Assembly: GCA_963802575.1 (NCBI GenBank)
Contig: CAWDJF010000001.1
Span: forward strand, 111,321 to 175,320
DNA length: 64,000 bases
DNA from: Terriglobia bacterium
Lineage (GTDB): Bacteria; Acidobacteriota; Terriglobia; Terriglobales; Acidobacteriaceae
Reading direction: 5' to 3'
Both the position numbers and the translations under genes were made by a program. The notes under the pieces are model-generated. The model did no database searches and was not told the DNA's origin. It saw only the letters and a program-made list of their open reading frames with translations. Shown in pieces: positions 59,407 to 64,000 of the stretch (positions are counted from its first letter, which is position 1; the number at the start of each line of letters is the position of its first letter).

Positions 59407-61270
59407 ATGACCTTGCTCGACGATAATACTGCCCACGACTCGGACTCCTCGACATCCACATCGGTAGCAGAACAGACGCAGCCAGCGAGCACCGTAGAGG
59501 GCTCGACCGCTGAACACGCAGTTTCCCAGCCAAACGAGACTGCTCACACTGAAACTGCTCACAGCCAGGACGATAACAAGTCCAACACCAACGACGATTT
59601 CGCCGCGGCCCTGGAAAACTATACCAGCGAGACGGAAGAAGCCGCCGGCGATGACAAAGTCATCAAGGGAACCGTACTGAAGCTCACGCTGACCCATGTT
59701 GTCGTGGATGTTGGCGCAAAATCCGAAGGCATGTTGCTTCTGTCAGAAGTGCTCGATCACGAGGGCAAGCCCCGGTTCCAGCCTGGCGATGAAATCGATG
59801 TGATGCGCGAGAAAGGTGAGACCGAGGAAGGCTACATCAAACTCTCTCACCAGAAGGCGCAGCGGTTGCGCGCGTGGGACGAGATCGAGAAGGCTTACAA
59901 CGAAAAGAAGCCGATCAGGGCCCAAGTTGTTGAGCGCATCAAGGGCGGACTCACTGTCGACATTCTGGGCGCGCGCGCGTTTCTGCCTGGCTCGCAAGCG
60001 GACCTGCGGCCTCTGCGCAATCTGGACGGAATCAAGGGCCAGATGCTCGAAGTCGCGGTGATCAAACTGAACAAGAAGCGCGGCAACATTGTGGTCTCGC
60101 GCAAACAGGTGCTGGAAGAAGAGCAGACCGAAAAGCGCTCCAAGACCATGGAGCACCTGGAAGAAGGCGCGGTGCTGACCGGCGTGGTGAAGAATTTGAC
60201 CGAGTACGGCGCGTTCGTCGACATGGGTGGCATCGATGGGCTGCTGCACATCACCGACATGTCATGGGGACGCCTCACTCATCCCCGCGACTTAGTCAAC
60301 GTTGGTGACCAGATTCAAGTCAAGGTATTGAAGTTTGATAAAGACAAGCAGCGGGTTTCGCTGGGATTCAAGCAGCTTACTCCGGACCCCTGGCTTGATG
60401 CGGCGCACCGTTACCCAGTGGGTGCGCATGTAGGCGGACGGGTTATCAGCGTGACCGATTACGGAGCGTTCGTCGAACTCGAACAAGGCATCGAAGGCCT
60501 GGTACACGTCAGCGAGATGACCTGGTCGAAGCGGATGAAGCATCCGTCAAAACTGGTCAACGTTGGCGACCAGGTGGACTGCGTCGTACTGAACGTGAAT
60601 CCGCAGGAACGGCGTATTTCGCTGGGCATGCGGCAACTGGCGTCGAATCCGTGGGACGCTTTGCATGAGAAGTATCCCGTGGGCGCGACGGTCGAAGGCC
60701 GCGTGCGCAACCTGACCGACTTCGGCGCATTTATCGAGATCGAGGACGGCATCGATGGCCTGGTTCATGTCAGCAATTTGAGCTGGACCAAGCGCGTGAA
60801 GCATCCTTCGGAAGTGTTGAAAAAGGGCGATCGCGTGAAGGCTGTGGTGCTGGCGATCGAGCCTGACAAGCGGCGTCTTGTCGCTTGGCGTCAAGCAGCT
60901 TCAGCCCGATGTTTGGGAGACCTTCTTCGCGGCCCACCACATCGGGGACGTTCTGCATGGCAAGGTTCTACGCGTGGCCAGCTTCGGAGCTTTCGTTGAA
61001 ATCGCCGAAGGCATCGAAGGCCTATGCCATAACTCCGAAGCAGTGGATGGCAACGGTCAGCAGATTCATCTGGAGCCGGGTGTGGAGCACGACTTCAAGA
61101 TCATTAAGATGAATCCGGAAGAGAAAAAGGTGGGACTTAGCATCCGCGCGGTGGGTGAAGAAGCTTCGCGCTCCGAAGTTGAGGCTTACAAGCAGCCGGT
61201 TTCTTCGACCGGCGGATCAACCATCGGCGAACTAATGTCGTGGAAGCGGGCGAGCAACGATCAGAACTAG
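59407..61270 (+). CDS. rpsA: 30S ribosomal protein S1; one frame break at the TT run 60878-60879
   Basis: Six S1 domains (G.V..V...GA.VD.G...G..H.S); frame change ...EPDKRR|LSLGVKQLQPD; removing one T restores RRLSLG. Confidence 0.9.
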
Positions 61271-61311
61271 CTTCGTTGGCCACGGGTTTTCGCGGATTGA
61301 CACAGGCAAAT

Positions 61312-61342
61312 AAAAAAGGCTCCCAACAGTGGGAGCCTTTTT
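61312..61342. terminator. Bidirectional rho-independent terminator AAAAAAGGCTCCCA-ACAG-TGGGAGCCTTTTT
   Basis: 8-bp GC-rich stem flanked by an A6 run and a T5 run between convergent genes. Confidence 0.85.
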
Positions 61343-61359
61343 ATTTATTCCTTTCGCGG

Positions 61360-61713
61360 TTATCGCGTATCGATCTTCAGGTTGATATTTACCTGCTGGC
61401 GGTTATCGAATTGGCTGACGGTTTTGGTGTCGCTCTTCTTGCCTTTGAACTGAGCATAGACTTCATAGTCGATGTTGGGCGAGAGCGCTGGGAAGCGGTA
61501 AGTACCGTCGGGACCTACGATGAAAGTCTTCACCGCTTGGGTGCGGGGATTGGAAAGATAGACAACCGCATCGGGCAGCGGATTCTCCTGCCGGTCCGTA
61601 ACTCTGCCGGTCAGCAGGCGCCCGTTGTCTCCTTTGTCTTTCTTGTCGGGACTGGCCGCCAGGGCGAGACCGACAAACAGCAGCAACATGGCTACTGCGG
61701 CGTATTTCCGCAT
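61360..61713 (-). CDS. Small secreted CarboxypepD_reg-like domain protein
   Basis: Signal peptide MRKYAAVAMLLLFVGLALAA; LTGRVTDRQENPLPDAVVYL.......KTFIVGPDGTYRF..L.PNIDYEVYA. Confidence 0.65.
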   Translation of the reverse strand: MRKYAAVAMLLLFVGLALAASPDKKDKGDNGRLLTGRVTDRQENPLPDAVVYLSNPRTQAVKTFIVGPDGTYRFPALSPNIDYEVYAQFKGKKSDTKTVSQFDNRQQVNINLKIDTR

Positions 61714-61765
61714 GACGTTTCTCCTTGCGCGTCACTCCACAGCCTGACAGCTTGTTGCGGTGCTG

Positions 61766-62143
61766 TTATTTTAGATGCAATCCGATATCGCTGCGCTCAT
61801 CATTCTCGATGTCGACTTTGACGTCCTCACCGGACTGTAACTTGCTGCCATCAGGCAGTTTATAGCCCTTCAAGTCCGCAGAAACGTGATACGTCGCCTT
61901 CCCTGCGGGCACCCGAAAAGCAAACTCTCCTCGGTGGTCGGAATAGAGTTCCCATTTGGGCTTTTTGTCGCCCTCGCGGCGCAGTTTCACTTTTACAGCG
62001 TAAAGCGGACGATTGTCAGGGCCCCAAACCGTGCCGAAGATGAGGGCGTATGGCTTCTCAGGCCCGCTTTCAGGGCGAGGCCCGGCAACTGCGCTGCCCA
62101 GACAGAAACAGCAAAACAGGAACCCGATCAGAGAGATTCGCAA
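61766..62143 (-). CDS. Small secreted CarboxypepD_reg-like domain protein
   Basis: TTG 62143 gives the signal peptide MRISLIGFLFCCFCLGSAVAG; IFGTVWGPDNRPLYAVKVKL........WELYSDHRGEFAFRVPAGKATYHV; the ORF is open up to 62209. Confidence 0.55.
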   Translation of the reverse strand: MRISLIGFLFCCFCLGSAVAGPRPESGPEKPYALIFGTVWGPDNRPLYAVKVKLRREGDKKPKWELYSDHRGEFAFRVPAGKATYHVSADLKGYKLPDGSKLQSGEDVKVDIENDERSDIGLHLK

Positions 62144-62195
62144 AACGCGGAGAACGGAGCAACGGCGTGCGGAGAACGCTACGGAAGAACCAGCT

Positions 62196-62393
62196 TCAGG
62201 AATAATCACCGTCTTCGGCTTCCTCTTCTTCTTCCTCTTCCACAGCCTCGTCCTCCACCGGTTTCAGCTCCACCGGATTGACAGTCACCACCTCAAAATC
62301 GGTGCCACACTCCGCGCAAGAGACGATTTCGCCTTCGTCAATCTCGTCTTCTTCAATATCGAGATCATTTTCGCATTCAGGACAATAAACCAT
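62196..62393 (-). CDS. LysW-like zinc-ribbon protein with poly-Glu tail
   Basis: GGAGG RBS; MVYCPEC...EGEIVSCAECGTDFEVVTVNPVELKPVEDE parallels Thermus LysW (CPECGAEL...GELVVCEDCGAELEVVGLDPLRLEP), but the C-terminus is ...EEEEEEAEDGDYS, not EDWGE. Confidence 0.55.
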   Translation of the reverse strand: MVYCPECENDLDIEEDEIDEGEIVSCAECGTDFEVVTVNPVELKPVEDEAVEEEEEEEAEDGDYS

Positions 62394-62589
62394 AATTGCC
62401 TCCGTTCCGTATAACTCCCCTGATAATATTTAGATTCTCTCCGGGCGCAGGTCAAGTACCCCGTGCGCGCTCAGGCGCTCCTTCTGGCTTGATGCGGAAA
62501 ACACTGCCCGGGTTTCGTAATTATGAACAGGTTTTTGGGTTGGCCGCAAGCCCCTGGCATTCAATCTTGATGAGACGGATACCGCTGCC

Positions 62590-63957
62590 GTGAAAACCAC
62601 ACTCTTGTTTTGCAGTCTGTTGTTATCCGCGGTTTTGACTCCCAACGTCGTAGCGCAGGACACGATCAGTGCCGGACCCGCCGACCCACGGATCGCTGCG
62701 GCTCTCAAAGAAGTCTCGGCCGACCGTATTCGAGCGAACGTCGAAAAGTTGGTGAGCTTTGGCACGCGGTCGACGCTTTCGGCGCAGGATGCGGATTCGA
62801 TTGCCAAAGGTCAAGGCATTGGCGCGGCACGCGAGTGGATCAAGAGCCAGTTCGAGACCTATTCGAAAGATTGCGGCGGATGTCTGGAGGTCAAGACCGA
62901 CAACTTCATCGAACAACCCGCCGAGCGAATTCCGAAACCCACCGAAATCACCAATGTTTATGCGGTCTTGAAGGGTACCGATTCGGAAGCCGCCAAGCGC
63001 ATCTTGCTGGTCACGGGACATTACGATTCGCGTAACAGCGACAACTTCAATGTCACCGACGCTGCTCCGGGAGCGAACGATGATGGCAGCGGAACCGCCG
63101 TGAGTCTCGAATGCGCCCGTGTTCTGAGCAAGCTGAAGTTTCCCGCGACCATTATTTTTCTGACGGTTGCCGGCGAAGAGCAGGGACTGAATGGCAGCAA
63201 GCATTTCGCACAGATGGCGAAACAACAGGGATGGAATATCGAAGCCGTGCTGAATAACGACATCGTGGGAGGCAATCGCGGCGACGGACAGGACGCCAGT
63301 GTCGTGCGAGTCTTCTCCGAAGGCGTTCCGGCCGCTGCCGACGACAAGGAATTGAAGATGATCCGCGGGCTGGGAGGCGAAAGCGATTCCGTCTCCCGCC
63401 AGATCGCCCGCTATGTCGTCGAGGTCGATCGAACCTACAACCCCGGCATCAAGCCGATGCTCGTCTTCCGCCTCGATCGTTACTTGCGCGGTGGAGATCA
63501 CTACTCCTTCAACCAGCAGGGGTACGCTGCCGTACGCTTCACCGAATTTCGCGAGGACTTCAACCACCAGCACCAGAACGTTCGCAGCGAGAACGGAATC
63601 GAATACGGGGATCTGGCAAAGTTCGTGAATTTCGACTATGTAGCGAGCGTGGCGCGCCTCAACGCAGCAACCTTGGCTTCGCTGGCCGCTGCGCCGGCTC
63701 CCCCGGGCAACGTTCGCATCCTGACTAAAGAACTTCAGAACGACACAACCCTGACCTGGGAAGCCTCACCGCTGGCCACTAGCTACGAAGTTCTCTGGCG
63801 AGCCACCACTGATTCCGATTGGAATCACCGCCAGGATGTTGGCAACGTGACCAGAGCGACCTTGCCGCAATCGAAAGACAACGTTATTTTTGCTGTGCGA
63901 GCGGTCGATAAAGACGGCCACAGCAGCCCGCCGGTTGTGCCGGTTCCAGAACGCTAA
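62590..63957 (+). CDS. Secreted M28 family metallopeptidase with C-terminal fibronectin type III-like domain
   Basis: Signal peptide; HYDSR...APGANDDGSGTA..LE.AR; AGEEQGL.GS; C-terminus PPGNVRI....NDTTLTWEASP.ATSYEVLWR.T...W. Confidence 0.75.
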   Translation: MKTTLLFCSLLLSAVLTPNVVAQDTISAGPADPRIAAALKEVSADRIRANVEKLVSFGTRSTLSAQDADSIAKGQGIGAAREWIKSQFETYSKDCGGCLEVKTDNFIEQPAERIPKPTEITNVYAVLKGTDSEAAKRILLVTGHYDSRNSDNFNVTDAAPGANDDGSGTAVSLECARVLSKLKFPATIIFLTVAGEEQGLNGSKHFAQMAKQQGWNIEAVLNNDIVGGNRGDGQDASVVRVFSEGVPAAADDKELKMIRGLGGESDSVSRQIARYVVEVDRTYNPGIKPMLVFRLDRYLRGGDHYSFNQQGYAAVRFTEFREDFNHQHQNVRSENGIEYGDLAKFVNFDYVASVARLNAATLASLAAAPAPPGNVRILTKELQNDTTLTWEASPLATSYEVLWRATTDSDWNHRQDVGNVTRATLPQSKDNVIFAVRAVDKDGHSSPPVVPVPER

Positions 63958-64000
63958 CCCGGAAGCTGATAAACTGTGAATTGCCTCCCGGTCGGTTTTC

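Overview
High-GC (~58-60%) bacterial chromosomal window, gene content and repeat families suggest Acidobacteriota (inference: GloVer-repeat protein, TIGR03118-like protein, several CarboxypepD_reg-like secreted proteins, dense REP-like palindromes). It is mostly housekeeping and accessory metabolism. Recognisable genes: tdh, hyuB, a Moco cluster (moeA, moaC, mogA) with an embedded REC-DUF4388 response regulator and pilT upstream, queD-queE-queC, a dinG-like helicase, der, an acyl-CoA carboxylase beta subunit, rnr, ligA, rpsA and tRNA-Pro(GGG), plus many secreted or membrane hypotheticals. No transposase, integrase, CRISPR array or rRNA was seen. Main observations: (1) a secreted peroxiredoxin-like/DsbD-alpha-like fusion has one in-frame TGA at the first Cys of its W-C-P-F-C redox motif, followed 14 nt later by a hairpin with a GGUC apical loop, so it is a candidate selenoprotein with a bSECIS. 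(2) A lower-GC islet between der and the carboxylase gene carries a DUF5131 (phage Gp37/Gp68) gene and a heavily frameshifted TcmP-like partner gene. (3) Single-base frame breaks occur in essential genes (der x2, rnr x2, rpsA) and in others, mostly at short homopolymer runs. This points to consensus indel errors, so pseudogene calls here should be treated cautiously. (4) At least five families of palindromic REP-like repeats are present, and one 25-nt unit lies in frame inside rnr. (5) Small self-contained units: a promoter/SD/14-codon poly-Lys micro-ORF/terminator unit, and an orphan extended -10 to terminator unit. All calls come from reading the sequence and ORF translations by eye. No database search was run.
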